A stretch of 64,000 nucleotides of DNA from the IMG/VR virus record IMGVR_UViG_3300021373_002437, positions 31,981 to 95,980 of that record, one strand, 5' to 3'. The position numbers and the translations under genes are program-made. The stretch is from a virus. Below, one piece after another: positions 41,601 through 50,630 of the stretch; position 1 is the first letter of the stretch; each line of letters opens with the position of its first letter. The notes beneath the pieces were generated by a model. That model saw nothing but the letters and a program-made list of their open reading frames with translations. It was not told the origin of the DNA and did no database searches.

Positions 41601-43706
41601 ATGGCAGGTGAAAGATCGTATGTGCAAATTCCACCTGACAGCACAGGAAAACAAATTTCGCATGACCCTTGGCACCGTCTTGGTTACACTACTAGGATTG
41701 GTAATCACATTTGGCGAATTGGTGAAAAATACACGGTAAATCGATTATCGGGGAGTCCAGCTACTATTACTGTGACTATGTTCACTGGTACGGATGCTGA
41801 TACCGGGCAAATAGGTGTGTTGTTTAATAATGTTGACGAGTATGCCAACGTAGAGTTGGCTAGTGGGGATACTATTCTCTATGATGGTTCTACTGTAGCC
41901 ACATTAACGTTCGACGAAATCATATTTAGTCCCACCACAAAAATTTCTGGTGGAGACAACCCTGAAAATACAGCCAATGTAGACAGAACCGGGTCGATGA
42001 ACATCCGATTCTCAGACGGCAGACCCCAGACGGATGCTTTTGGTAGACTGCGTGTATCTTCTGGTACGACTCTAGGTGATTATGTTTTTGCTAATAATGA
42101 GCTTCCAGAATATTTTTCTACCCTCAAATATGGTAATGCTTCTATCACACATGACGGAGACTTAAGGGCAATGAAACTTGTTTGTCCTTCTGGTACGCCT
42201 GCTTCTGGGGCGGTTAACGAAGGTGCTGCTGGATTCTTCGGTGATATTGATTATGTCGCTCACACAACAGATACATACCATCATTACTTTGCTGGGTTCT
42301 CTACTGAAGCACTGCTTACAGTTGCGCTAAGTGACGCTGGAAAAACTGGTGTTACCCGAGAGTGGGGTTATTTTGACGAAAATAACGGATATGGTTTTCG
42401 TGTAGACGATGACAGCAGTGGTTTAAAGATTTTTATTAGAACTGGTGCTACTGGCTCTGTTACTGAAACTGTTATTGCACAGGCAGATTTTAACAAAGAC
42501 ACTATTTTAGATGGCAGTGGTCTCTCTCAGTTTACCTTAGATTTAACAGACGACAATCTATACTGGATTGACCTTCAGTGGTTGAGTACTGGTCGAATTC
42601 GATTTGGTGTTTACTATCGTGGTGAACGTGTAATCATTCACGAACATTATCATGAAGGAACTTTGAATGATGGTAAGCCACATTCACAGTCAGGATCGTT
42701 GCCAATTTCCTACGTCCAGTATAATGATACCAGTCAATTGGCTGAATCGACTATGGTTGCTTGGTGTTCTTCTGTACACACAGAACATGAAGTGGACTTA
42801 TCTACTGTTGGATTAACACAGATAGAAACACTTTCAAAAACATTTGACCCAACTTCAATCGAAAATGGTCAGACGTATGAACTAATTGGGGTATTCGCAC
42901 CAATAAATGAGAAGCTTGGTTCTAACGGGTCAGTCAATAGAGACATATACATACCAAAATACATTGAGTGTTTAGCTTATCACGCCAATGGTGATGAGGC
43001 TTATGTGGAACTAAAGGCTTACGTGGACCCAATTTTGGGTGGTGGTGAAAATTCATTTGATATTATGGATAGCGAGACATTGGATACTCCATTTTTAGTT
43101 CCGGTTTCTTCTTCACCTTCCGTTGGTTCTAATGTATATAAGCCGACAGATTATGTATTAGCAGATAGACCTAAGCTTTGGAGTACTACTGTTGGGCAAC
43201 ATAAGTTTGCATCTAACCTTAAAGGGTATTCCATACAAGACCTGTCAAATTATTTTAACGACCATCAGCGTGGCGCTTATAAAAATTATGCTAATGATGG
43301 TGGTACTGTGGTTGCACCAGTAACATCGATTACTCCGGGTGCTACAACAACAGTACAGTTTACTTCTGATCATACATTGCGTGAAGGACAACCAATTAAA
43401 TTTAGTGGCATTGTTGGTACAGTAGGAACAGATGGAACTAATGGTCTGAACTGGGGTTCTGTTAGAGACAACCAATACTACCTCAAAATAACTGGAACAG
43501 ATACCGCAGAATTGTATGAGGATATAGAGTTCACAACTGCAGTAGATACTACCGCTCTTTTATATACCAGTGGTGGTGATGCAGAGGGTCCATATGGACC
43601 GGGGGTTTATTTTGCTGTTGTGGTCAAGCCACTGGCACCTAGTGTAACTATTGCGACAGATATAACAGTGAACATAAGTATTGGTTGGAGAGAGATTAAT
43701 CAATAA
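41601..43706 (+). CDS. Putative virion protein with a lectin-like beta-sandwich domain
   Basis: QIPPDSTGK, DAFGRLRVS, WGYFD..NG..F, IDLQWL..GR.RFG motifs familiar from phage structural proteins. Confidence 0.6.
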   Translation: MAGERSYVQIPPDSTGKQISHDPWHRLGYTTRIGNHIWRIGEKYTVNRLSGSPATITVTMFTGTDADTGQIGVLFNNVDEYANVELASGDTILYDGSTVATLTFDEIIFSPTTKISGGDNPENTANVDRTGSMNIRFSDGRPQTDAFGRLRVSSGTTLGDYVFANNELPEYFSTLKYGNASITHDGDLRAMKLVCPSGTPASGAVNEGAAGFFGDIDYVAHTTDTYHHYFAGFSTEALLTVALSDAGKTGVTREWGYFDENNGYGFRVDDDSSGLKIFIRTGATGSVTETVIAQADFNKDTILDGSGLSQFTLDLTDDNLYWIDLQWLSTGRIRFGVYYRGERVIIHEHYHEGTLNDGKPHSQSGSLPISYVQYNDTSQLAESTMVAWCSSVHTEHEVDLSTVGLTQIETLSKTFDPTSIENGQTYELIGVFAPINEKLGSNGSVNRDIYIPKYIECLAYHANGDEAYVELKAYVDPILGGGENSFDIMDSETLDTPFLVPVSSSPSVGSNVYKPTDYVLADRPKLWSTTVGQHKFASNLKGYSIQDLSNYFNDHQRGAYKNYANDGGTVVAPVTSITPGATTTVQFTSDHTLREGQPIKFSGIVGTVGTDGTNGLNWGSVRDNQYYLKITGTDTAELYEDIEFTTAVDTTALLYTSGGDAEGPYGPGVYFAVVVKPLAPSVTIATDITVNISIGWREINQ

Positions 43707-44326
43707 TGCATACTTCAACCCACTATGGGTTCTGGAATTATTGGAGTATATACGATACTCCTTCAGACCTGTTTGGTGATCAGAAGGTAACTTTTGATGG
43801 ACCCAATAAACTCGTGCTTGTCAATCAGGGGGTCACGGAATTAAATTTTGAGACTGATGTTTATTCGGCTTGGAAGGAATGGGTAAAAGACCCCTACCAT
43901 TTAAACGCAGGGTACGAAGAGGCACTATCTGCGGTTGGTGGAGACGATCTTCCGGGTGAAAGAAAATTGGGAACTACATTCTTCTTCGAGAACGGTTGGA
44001 GAATGAGGACATGGGAGGGGAACCACGAGTTGATTCTTTCTGGTAACGTGTTTACTCGTGAGGGTGAAGCGATTTTTATACCAACATTAGACCCATGGAC
44101 AATTACAATTAACTTGAATACTTCTACTCTAGTGGAGGTTGTTACTCCAAGCATATCCATCGACCAATCAACTATCGATGGAATTGCAGCAGCTTCTGCA
44201 GATGCTGTGTGGGATGAGCCGGTTGCAGACCATCAAAATGCCGGTTCTACAGGTGAAACTATCAAAGATACAAACGATGAGGTCAAAAATAGACTCAAAC
44301 GTAACGAATATCTTGCTAGGATTTAA
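43706..44326 (+). CDS. Putative virion protein (206 aa)
   Basis: TFDG.NKL.LV, YSAWKEWV, VGGD.L, FF.NGWR, AVWDE......GS.G. Confidence 0.65.
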   Translation: MHTSTHYGFWNYWSIYDTPSDLFGDQKVTFDGPNKLVLVNQGVTELNFETDVYSAWKEWVKDPYHLNAGYEEALSAVGGDDLPGERKLGTTFFFENGWRMRTWEGNHELILSGNVFTREGEAIFIPTLDPWTITINLNTSTLVEVVTPSISIDQSTIDGIAAASADAVWDEPVADHQNAGSTGETIKDTNDEVKNRLKRNEYLARI

Positions 44327-44332
44327 GAAAAT

Positions 44333-44340
44333 TATAAATA
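44333..44340 (+). promoter_or_regulatory. T4-type late promoter
   Basis: TATAAATA. Confidence 0.8.
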
Positions 44341-44364
44341 TATATACAATTTTAGGAGAAAACC

Positions 44365-44619
44365 ATGACCGGACAAGAAGCGATCAGAGATATGATGGAC
44401 AGCATGGCATCAGGTAATGCCAGTGAGGTTCAGGATAAATTCAATGCAATCATGCAAGGTCGAGCCACAGATGCCCTAAGTGATTTCAAACAAGAACTGG
44501 CAACTAGTGTATTTAAAAACCCAGACCTTCAAGCAATGGGTCTCTCGGACGGTGAAGAACATGTCCATGAGATTGACCCAGCAGAAGGTCCACAGCCAGT
44601 AGAAGGTGCACCTGCATGA
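44365..44619 (+). CDS. Prohead core protein, gp67-like
   Basis: I.DM.D.M.SGN......F..IM..R...AL...K.ELA..VF with acidic tail; synteny between 20 and 21. Confidence 0.65.
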   Translation: MTGQEAIRDMMDSMASGNASEVQDKFNAIMQGRATDALSDFKQELATSVFKNPDLQAMGLSDGEEHVHEIDPAEGPQPVEGAPA

Positions 44620-44822
44620 ATTCATTCAAGGAGTATCTAGCAGAGATTGGTGGCCCAAAGCACTCTCCAGAAGATATTAAACGGCGAGATGCTTTGATGA
44701 AGGGGCAGACGAAGCTACACCAACAACGAAGAGACATGGCTAAGAAAGAAAAACATCCTTATCTTAAAGGATTGCTTGACCCACTTCACAGCGTGAGGAA
44801 AGAAGAAAATGAAAACTCTTAA
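44616..44822 (+). CDS. Putative internal head protein with capsid-targeting sequence
   Basis: N-terminus MNSFKEYLAE resembles the T4 CTS MKTYQEFIAE. Confidence 0.6.
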   Translation: MNSFKEYLAEIGGPKHSPEDIKRRDALMKGQTKLHQQRRDMAKKEKHPYLKGLLDPLHSVRKEENENS

Positions 44823-45021
44823 AGAATTTTTGGAAGAAGGAAATAATGTTCGAGACTCTGAGCGCAAAGATTATGGTAAGAGAGAAGAGCGAAAGAAAGA
44901 ATCCAATAAAAAGCGAAGAGAAAATGACAAGAAAGCTGTGAATGAAGAAGAAACAGGAAAATGTGCTGCTTGTGGTTGCAATCCAGAAAGCCCAGAAGAA
45001 GGCTGTGGTTGTACAGAATAA
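44809..45021 (+). CDS. Putative internal head protein with capsid-targeting sequence
   Basis: N-terminus MKTLKEFLEE; highly charged; C-terminal CAACGC...CGC. Confidence 0.6.
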   Translation: MKTLKEFLEEGNNVRDSERKDYGKREERKKESNKKRRENDKKAVNEEETGKCAACGCNPESPEEGCGCTE

Positions 45022-45039
45022 TAATAACGGAGAAAATAG

Positions 45040-45459
45040 ATGACGGTTTCAGTCGATGAATTAAAGCTAACCCAGTCCGAGGGGGTTTTTGCTGTTAGGG
45101 AAACAGGTACTACTCCTGCAACCGGCACTATTGCGTTGGCAACTACTCTTAAGAAGGCTAGTGAAACACAGTCTTCCCCAACTGCTAACATAAAATCACT
45201 AACTTGGTCTTTGGCAACAGGTGCAACCGCTACCATTACTAGAAACTCCAAGGTTATGTGGACCATGGTTGAATCTGGTCAGGTAGATTTTAATGGTTGG
45301 ACAGACAAAGACGAAAATGCATCAGACATTCTAGTAGACATTGCTGGTGGTGCTGGTACTGTTGTAGTTACAGCACGTAAGGTCGGTGGATATGGACCAC
45401 AGGCTCATCAGAATGCACCACTCGATACACCAGCACTTGGTGGAGGTACGATAGGATAA
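45040..45459 (+). CDS. Hypothetical head-associated protein
   Basis: GGAG SD; TAATG coupling to gene 21. Confidence 0.65.
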   Translation: MTVSVDELKLTQSEGVFAVRETGTTPATGTIALATTLKKASETQSSPTANIKSLTWSLATGATATITRNSKVMWTMVESGQVDFNGWTDKDENASDILVDIAGGAGTVVVTARKVGGYGPQAHQNAPLDTPALGGGTIG

Positions 45460-46118
45460 TGAAACTAATAAAAGAACTTAACGAAGACGTTCAGTACATC
45501 ACTGAAGTAAACGAAGAGACTGGTAAGAAAGACCTTTACATTGAGGGTATTTTTCTTCAGGCCAATCTTAAGAATCGCAATGGTCGAGTATACCCCAAAG
45601 CCACCATGCAAAATGAGGTTACCCGCTATGTAAAAGAGCAGGTAGCTACGAGGCGAGCATATGGTGAACTAGGTCATCCTGATGGTCCAAATATTAATCT
45701 GGACCGAGTGTCACACATGATTACTTCTCTTAAAGAAGATGGTGATAACTGGGTTGGTCGTGCCAAAATCCTTGATACACCCATGGGTAATATCGCAGCA
45801 AGCTTCATTAAAGAAGGTGCTGGTCTTGGTGTTAGCTCACGGGGATTAGGTTCTCTCAAGGAAGTCAACGGAATTAATGAAGTTCAGGACGATTTCATGC
45901 TAGCAACTGCTGGCGATATCGTGGCTGACCCTTCCGCACCAGATGCCTACGTAACCGGTATCATGGAAGGTAAAGAATGGGTTTGTGTGAAAGGTATCTG
46001 GGAAGAGATTGATATTGAGAAGACACAAGAATTCATTAATAAGAACAGTGGTAAGAACTTAGCAGAGGCACAAATTGCTGCTTTTGAATCGTTCCTGAAA
46101 AAACTGTCTAAAATCTAA
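45459..46118 (+). CDS. 21: Prohead protease gp21
   Basis: YIEGIFLQ...KNRNGRVYP, GELGHP, GVSSRGLGS, DIVADPSAPDA. Confidence 0.97.
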   Translation: MKLIKELNEDVQYITEVNEETGKKDLYIEGIFLQANLKNRNGRVYPKATMQNEVTRYVKEQVATRRAYGELGHPDGPNINLDRVSHMITSLKEDGDNWVGRAKILDTPMGNIAASFIKEGAGLGVSSRGLGSLKEVNGINEVQDDFMLATAGDIVADPSAPDAYVTGIMEGKEWVCVKGIWEEIDIEKTQEFINKNSGKNLAEAQIAAFESFLKKLSKI

Positions 46119-46123
46119 TTTTT

Positions 46124-46131
46124 TATAAATA
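46124..46131 (+). promoter_or_regulatory. T4-type late promoter for gene 22
   Basis: TATAAATA. Confidence 0.8.
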
Positions 46132-46170
46132 TAACAGTAATATTAAATATTAACCGAAAGGAGAATAACA

Positions 46171-47301
46171 ATGGGCGTAGAGTCAAAAATCAGAGAGCTA
46201 ATGGAGGGTGCTGCAAATCGCCCTGCCGACAAATCTCAAGGTGACGCTACTAATCCAACACAAGGTGATTCAAACCCTAACCCTGAACAGCAAGACCTAT
46301 CTGGTGCTGACAAGAACGGTGGTTTGACTTCTTCTGTTGGTAAGTCAGCTTCTAGTAAAGAAGATAAGGATAAGACACTCCCTGCTGGTAACGGTGCGAA
46401 AGACCCTAAAGCCAACATGGAAAACAAAGAAGACAGCGAGTCTGTAGTAATGCAGCCCAATTCTAAAGGCAACGTTCATCAGGAAGAAACTGAGTCTGAT
46501 GAAGAAGTTGTAGTTGAAGGCGCTGTTGAAGAAGTTGAGGAAGAAGTTACCGAAGAGACTGAAGTTGTTGAGGATGCTCTTTACGAGGAAGACCTTGCCA
46601 AGCTTTTTGAAGGTGACGAAACCCTAACTGAAGAATTTAAGACTAAGGCTGCTGAAATTTACGAAGCCGTACTTACTTCTCGTGTTGCTTCTGAGGTTGC
46701 AGAAATCGAAGAAGAAATTATTACTCAGGCTAATACTGCTATTCAAGAAGAAGTTGAGAAGATGATTGAGAACATCGACAAGTATCTCGCTTACTGTACT
46801 GAGCAGTGGATGGAAGATAACAAGATCGCCATCGAATCTAGCCTACGCACAGACATTACTGAGTCCTTCATCAAAGACCTACAAAAAGTCTTTACTGAGA
46901 ACTACATTGAAGTTCCAGAAGAAAAGTTCGACGTTATGGAAGAACTGGACTCCCAAGTTAAGAGCCTGCAAGAAGAACTTGATTCCAAGATTGATGAGAA
47001 CATTGAGTTGGCAGAAGAAGCAATCGCTCTTAAGAAAGAAAAGATTCTATCAGTTGTATCTGAAGACTTAGCGGATACTGAAGCAGAGAAATTCTCTACA
47101 TTGGTAGAAGATGTAGCGTACACAAGTGCTGAAGCATATGAGTCAAAGCTGGAAATCATTAAGGAAAATTATTTCCCTAAAGACAAGGCTGCGACTGATA
47201 CAGTACTTGAGGATAATGGTGAAGCAGTTGTACAGAATGAAAATACGAACAAGCGTATGGCTCGTTACTCTGCTGCAATAACTAACTCTACTAAGTTTTA
47301 A
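46171..47301 (+). CDS. 22: Prohead scaffold gp22
   Basis: Acidic coiled coil; LTEEFKTKAA.I.EA, DKYL.Y..EQW..DN..AIE, F.ENYI.VPEEK, IKENYF. Confidence 0.95.
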   Translation: MGVESKIRELMEGAANRPADKSQGDATNPTQGDSNPNPEQQDLSGADKNGGLTSSVGKSASSKEDKDKTLPAGNGAKDPKANMENKEDSESVVMQPNSKGNVHQEETESDEEVVVEGAVEEVEEEVTEETEVVEDALYEEDLAKLFEGDETLTEEFKTKAAEIYEAVLTSRVASEVAEIEEEIITQANTAIQEEVEKMIENIDKYLAYCTEQWMEDNKIAIESSLRTDITESFIKDLQKVFTENYIEVPEEKFDVMEELDSQVKSLQEELDSKIDENIELAEEAIALKKEKILSVVSEDLADTEAEKFSTLVEDVAYTSAEAYESKLEIIKENYFPKDKAATDTVLEDNGEAVVQNENTNKRMARYSAAITNSTKF

Positions 47302-47313
47302 AAACCTAATTTT

Positions 47314-47321
47314 TATAAATA
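47314..47321 (+). promoter_or_regulatory. T4-type late promoter for gene 23
   Basis: TATAAATA. Confidence 0.8.
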
Positions 47322-47365
47322 TAGATAGTTGTAATAAAAATAACATAAGATAAGGAGACATTTAA

Positions 47366-48634
47366 ATGTTTTTATCAGAAGAACTACAATCCAAGTGGTC
47401 AGATGTACTGGACCACAAAGAACTGCCTGAGATTCAGGACCGTTACAAGCGAGCGGTAACTGCAGTCGTTCTTGAAAACCAAGAGAAGGCTCTTGTTGAA
47501 GAGAAGCAAGCTCTTTTCGAAGCCCCTCACGCCAACAGCGTGGGTGGTGGTGGCGTTGACAACTACGACCCAATTCTGATTTCTCTGGTTCGTCGTGCTC
47601 TGCCTAACCTGATGGCATATGACGTAGCTGGTGTTCAGCCGATGACTGGTCCTACTGGCCTGATCTTCGCTATGAAGTCACACTACACTAGCCAAACTGG
47701 TGATGAGGCTCTGTTCAACGAAGCTGACACTGATTTCTCTGGTGAAGGTACTCACGATGGTTCTAACCCAGTTGACGGTACTTACACTACTGGTACTGGC
47801 GTTGCTACTTCTTCTGCGGAAGATTTCGGTGACTCTGTAACACTTAACGAGATGGCATTCTCAATTGAGAAGACCACGGTTACTGCGAAGTCCCGTGCTC
47901 TGAAAGCTGAGTACACCATCGAACTGGCACAAGACCTGAAAGCTATCCACGGTTTGGATGCTGAAGGCGAACTGTCCAACATCCTTTCACAAGAAATTCT
48001 TGCTGAAATTAACCGTGAAGTTATTCGTACTATTTACAAGGTTGCGAAGCCCGGTGCAGCTTCTACTGCTACTCCCGGTACTTTTGACCTTGACGTTGAC
48101 TCCAATGGTCGTTGGTCGGTTGAGCGTTTTAAAGGCTTGATGTTCAACATTGAGCGTGACGCTAACGTAATCGCACAAGATACTCGTCGTGGTCGCGGTA
48201 ACTTCATCATCTGTTCTTCAGATGTTGCAAGTGCTCTGGCAATGGCTGGTGTTCTGGATTACAACCCTGCCCTGAACAACAACCTGCAGGTAGATGACAC
48301 TGGTAACACTTTCGCGGGTGTTCTGAATGGTCGCTACCGTGTATACATCGACCCTTACAGTGCTAACACTGGTGCGGCTTCACAGTTCTACTGTGCTGGC
48401 TACAAGGGCCCCAACGCTTATGACGCAGGTATTTTCTACTGCCCATACGTTCCTCTGCAAATGGTTCGTGCGATTGACCCAGAGACTTTCCAGCCTAAGA
48501 TTGGCTTCAAGACTCGTTACGGTATGATCGCTAACCCATACGTGCTTGATGGTGGCGGCAACACTGACGCTGACAACTTCACTGCAGATCGTAACCAGTA
48601 CTTCCGTCTGGTAAAAGTAGCGAACTTGATGTAA
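47366..48634 (+). CDS. 23: Major capsid protein gp23
   Basis: DPILISLVRRA.PNL.AYD..GVQPMTGPTGLIFAM, EMAFSIEK, ELAQDLKAIHGLDAE, FYCPYVPL, FQPKIGFKTRYG. Confidence 0.98.
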   Translation: MFLSEELQSKWSDVLDHKELPEIQDRYKRAVTAVVLENQEKALVEEKQALFEAPHANSVGGGGVDNYDPILISLVRRALPNLMAYDVAGVQPMTGPTGLIFAMKSHYTSQTGDEALFNEADTDFSGEGTHDGSNPVDGTYTTGTGVATSSAEDFGDSVTLNEMAFSIEKTTVTAKSRALKAEYTIELAQDLKAIHGLDAEGELSNILSQEILAEINREVIRTIYKVAKPGAASTATPGTFDLDVDSNGRWSVERFKGLMFNIERDANVIAQDTRRGRGNFIICSSDVASALAMAGVLDYNPALNNNLQVDDTGNTFAGVLNGRYRVYIDPYSANTGAASQFYCAGYKGPNAYDAGIFYCPYVPLQMVRAIDPETFQPKIGFKTRYGMIANPYVLDGGGNTDADNFTADRNQYFRLVKVANLM

Positions 48635-48672
48635 GCTATAACAAAAAGAATACCCACAAGGTATCATTTTAT

Positions 48673-48699
48673 AAGGGACTCTATTGAGTCCCTTTTTTT
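48673..48699 (+). terminator. Rho-independent terminator after gene 23
   Basis: AAGGGACTC-TATT-GAGTCCCTT plus T run. Confidence 0.9.
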
Positions 48700-48713
48700 A
48701 TGTCAAAAAAAGC

Positions 48714-48741
48714 TTGACAAATAATCTCATGGTGGTATTAT
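48714..48741 (+). promoter_or_regulatory. Sigma70-type early promoter
   Basis: TTGACA-N16-TATTAT with TG upstream of the -10. Confidence 0.65.
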
Positions 48742-48791
48742 AGCAACCATTGAAACGAAGGGAGGATTAAAAAGACATAAAATGGTTTATA

Positions 48792-48962
48792 TTACCGGGG
48801 AGTTGTTGGATGACTGACAACATGAGATGCCATGCCTCGTTACAATCAAATCGGTGAGAGCTACTTCTCCCGTAACCCAAGCATCTAAGGGACCGAGAAC
48901 GTGAAAGTAGCCCAGTTAATCGCTGGTAGAGCAATACTCAGGAGCCTACAAAAGATTTTTTT
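48792..48962 (+). ncRNA. Putative structured non-coding RNA
   Basis: No long ORF; multiple complementary segments (see findings); ends in a T run. Confidence 0.45.
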
Positions 48963-48979
48963 AATTTTACGAGGATACT

Positions 48980-49216
48980 ATGATGGAAATTAAAAAGCCA
49001 ACACTGAATGACGTTAAACGAATAGTAAGCAAAGCCAATGGTGGTGTGAAGGTTAAAGCCTCATGGTCTCATCGCCCAACTTTGTGCAAAGATTTTGATG
49101 GGAACGAATATTATTCAGCAGTTGCTATTGTTGAATCCACTGGGTTTAGGACCAAAAAAATGTGTGTTCAATCATACCCACAAAATCATCAGTACTCAGG
49201 TATTTGGGTACAATAA
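48980..49216 (+). CDS. Hypothetical early protein
   Basis: GAGG SD; 78 aa, basic. Confidence 0.6.
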   Translation: MMEIKKPTLNDVKRIVSKANGGVKVKASWSHRPTLCKDFDGNEYYSAVAIVESTGFRTKKMCVQSYPQNHQYSGIWVQ

Positions 49217-49220
49217 TTAA

Positions 49221-49297
49221 GTTGCTGTGACCGAATTGGATTTAGGTGACGGGCTGCAACCCCGTTTATGCAGGTTCGAGTCCTGTCAGCAACTCCA
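49221..49297 (+). tRNA. tRNA-Cys(GCA)
   Basis: GTTGCTG/CAGCAAC acceptor, ACGGG-CT GCA AC-CCCGT anticodon arm, GCAGG-TTCGAGT-CCTGT, U73, encoded CCA. Confidence 0.95.
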
Positions 49298-49425
49298 TTC
49301 TCTGACAACCTTCTGTCACTTTCAAACACAAATCCGTTACTTTTCTACTCAAAGTGTTATATATAGTGCCAAGCACAAAAGGCTTACCTATAGAAACTCA
49401 ACGCCCACAAGGCAAGGAAAAGAAA

Positions 49426-49539
49426 ATGGAATTGGAAAAATCTGAAATCATGTATGCAATTGGTCAAGCACTGGTCATCGTATCATTTGCTGTTGTTGTA
49501 CCAATGGTTGTGGTTATGGCTGCTGCATCCAGTATGTAG
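49426..49539 (+). CDS. Small single-pass membrane peptide (37 aa)
   Basis: AAGGA SD; MELEKSEIMYAIGQALVIVSFAVVVPMVVVMAAASSM. Confidence 0.55.
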   Translation: MELEKSEIMYAIGQALVIVSFAVVVPMVVVMAAASSM

Positions 49540-49543
49540 CTGT

Positions 49544-49551
49544 TATAAATA
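49544..49551 (+). promoter_or_regulatory. T4-type late promoter for gene 3
   Basis: TATAAATA. Confidence 0.8.
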
Positions 49552-49576
49552 GTAGGTACAATTATGAGTATCTACT

Positions 49577-50164
49577 ATGGCTTACACACCTACCGCAAAT
49601 ATCACAGAAGGCACATGGGACGCTGGGAATCCTGATGACCTGAATTACCTTAGACCGAATACGTTTAAGTTTCAGGTACACAACTTACCCAACGTCTCAT
49701 TCTTTTGTCAATCTGCAAACATCCCCGCAATTAATATGAGTGTGGCTGAAGGGCCTACACCTCTGCACGATTTACCATATCCGGGTGAAAAGGTTCGGTT
49801 TGGTGAATTGAATATTCGTTTTTTGATTCAGGAAAAAATGGCAAACTACACCGAGCTATTCAATTGGTTAGTGGCTCTCGGTAATCCTGAGAAAACAGAA
49901 CAGTACACGAATTACGTAGAGAGTCAAGCTTACAGATACCCCGGCTCAAACAACAAAAAGAAAATTGAGAACGCACTGATGAGTGACGTTTCTCTTTTCG
50001 TATTGTCTTCTGATAATAATCCCACAATAGAAATCAAATTCCGTGATGCCTTTCCAACGTCTCTGAGTGGTTTGGATTTTGATACCTCATCTGGTGACAC
50101 GAGTTACTTCCAAGGACTGGCATCCTTTGCCTACAGACAGTACGAAATTATACCGTATAAATAG
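49577..50164 (+). CDS. 3: Tail tube terminator gp3
   Basis: NYLRPN.FKF....PNV.FFCQSANIP, PG.K..F..L...F, F.DAFP.SLSGL.F. Confidence 0.92.
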   Translation: MAYTPTANITEGTWDAGNPDDLNYLRPNTFKFQVHNLPNVSFFCQSANIPAINMSVAEGPTPLHDLPYPGEKVRFGELNIRFLIQEKMANYTELFNWLVALGNPEKTEQYTNYVESQAYRYPGSNNKKKIENALMSDVSLFVLSSDNNPTIEIKFRDAFPTSLSGLDFDTSSGDTSYFQGLASFAYRQYEIIPYK

Positions 50165-50186
50165 TATTACGTTATGAGGATATATT

Positions 50187-50630
50187 ATGAAAACATTGAA
50201 AGAACTGCAGGATGAATGGGAGGCTGACAGTAAGATCGATGATCTTGATCTGGGAGCCGAGTCTTTAAAGACACCAGAACTCCACGCCAAATACTTAAAC
50301 TACCTTTCCAATTTCAAATTACATCTCAGGAAAAAGGAGTCTGAGTTTTTAAACCTGCGCCGAAATAAGTGGAGATGGTACCGTGGAGAAATGTCTGAGG
50401 AAAAATTAGAAGAACTGGGTTGGCCCCAGTATCTTGGGAACACTCCTTTGAAAAATGAAATGAATGATTTCATTGACAGTGACCCAGATGTGATCAAGGT
50501 AGTGGACCACTATGAGTATGTCAAGACCTGTGTGTTCCAATGCGAGACGATTATGCGATCTATAAATAGTAGGACATGGGACATTAAAAATGCAGTTGAG
50601 TACACCAAGTTTACAAACGGATTGATGTAA
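50187..50630 (+). CDS. uvsY: Recombination mediator UvsY
   Basis: W..DS.ID...L..ESL.TP.LH.KYL, I.SR.W.IKNA.E..KF..G; TATAAATA at 50156. Confidence 0.92.
   Translation: MKTLKELQDEWEADSKIDDLDLGAESLKTPELHAKYLNYLSNFKLHLRKKESEFLNLRRNKWRWYRGEMSEEKLEELGWPQYLGNTPLKNEMNDFIDSDPDVIKVVDHYEYVKTCVFQCETIMRSINSRTWDIKNAVEYTKFTNGLM

Noticed and set aside
48782-48817. 11-codon ORF MVYITGELLDD
   Set aside because: The nearest GGAGG is about 16 nt upstream; there is no other support.
49227-49445. 72-aa ORF
   Set aside because: Runs through the tRNA-Cys gene.
50187-50216. UvsY N-terminus MKTLKELQDE resembling a capsid-targeting sequence
   Set aside because: Fits the normal UvsY first helix and lacks the aromatic pattern; likely coincidence.
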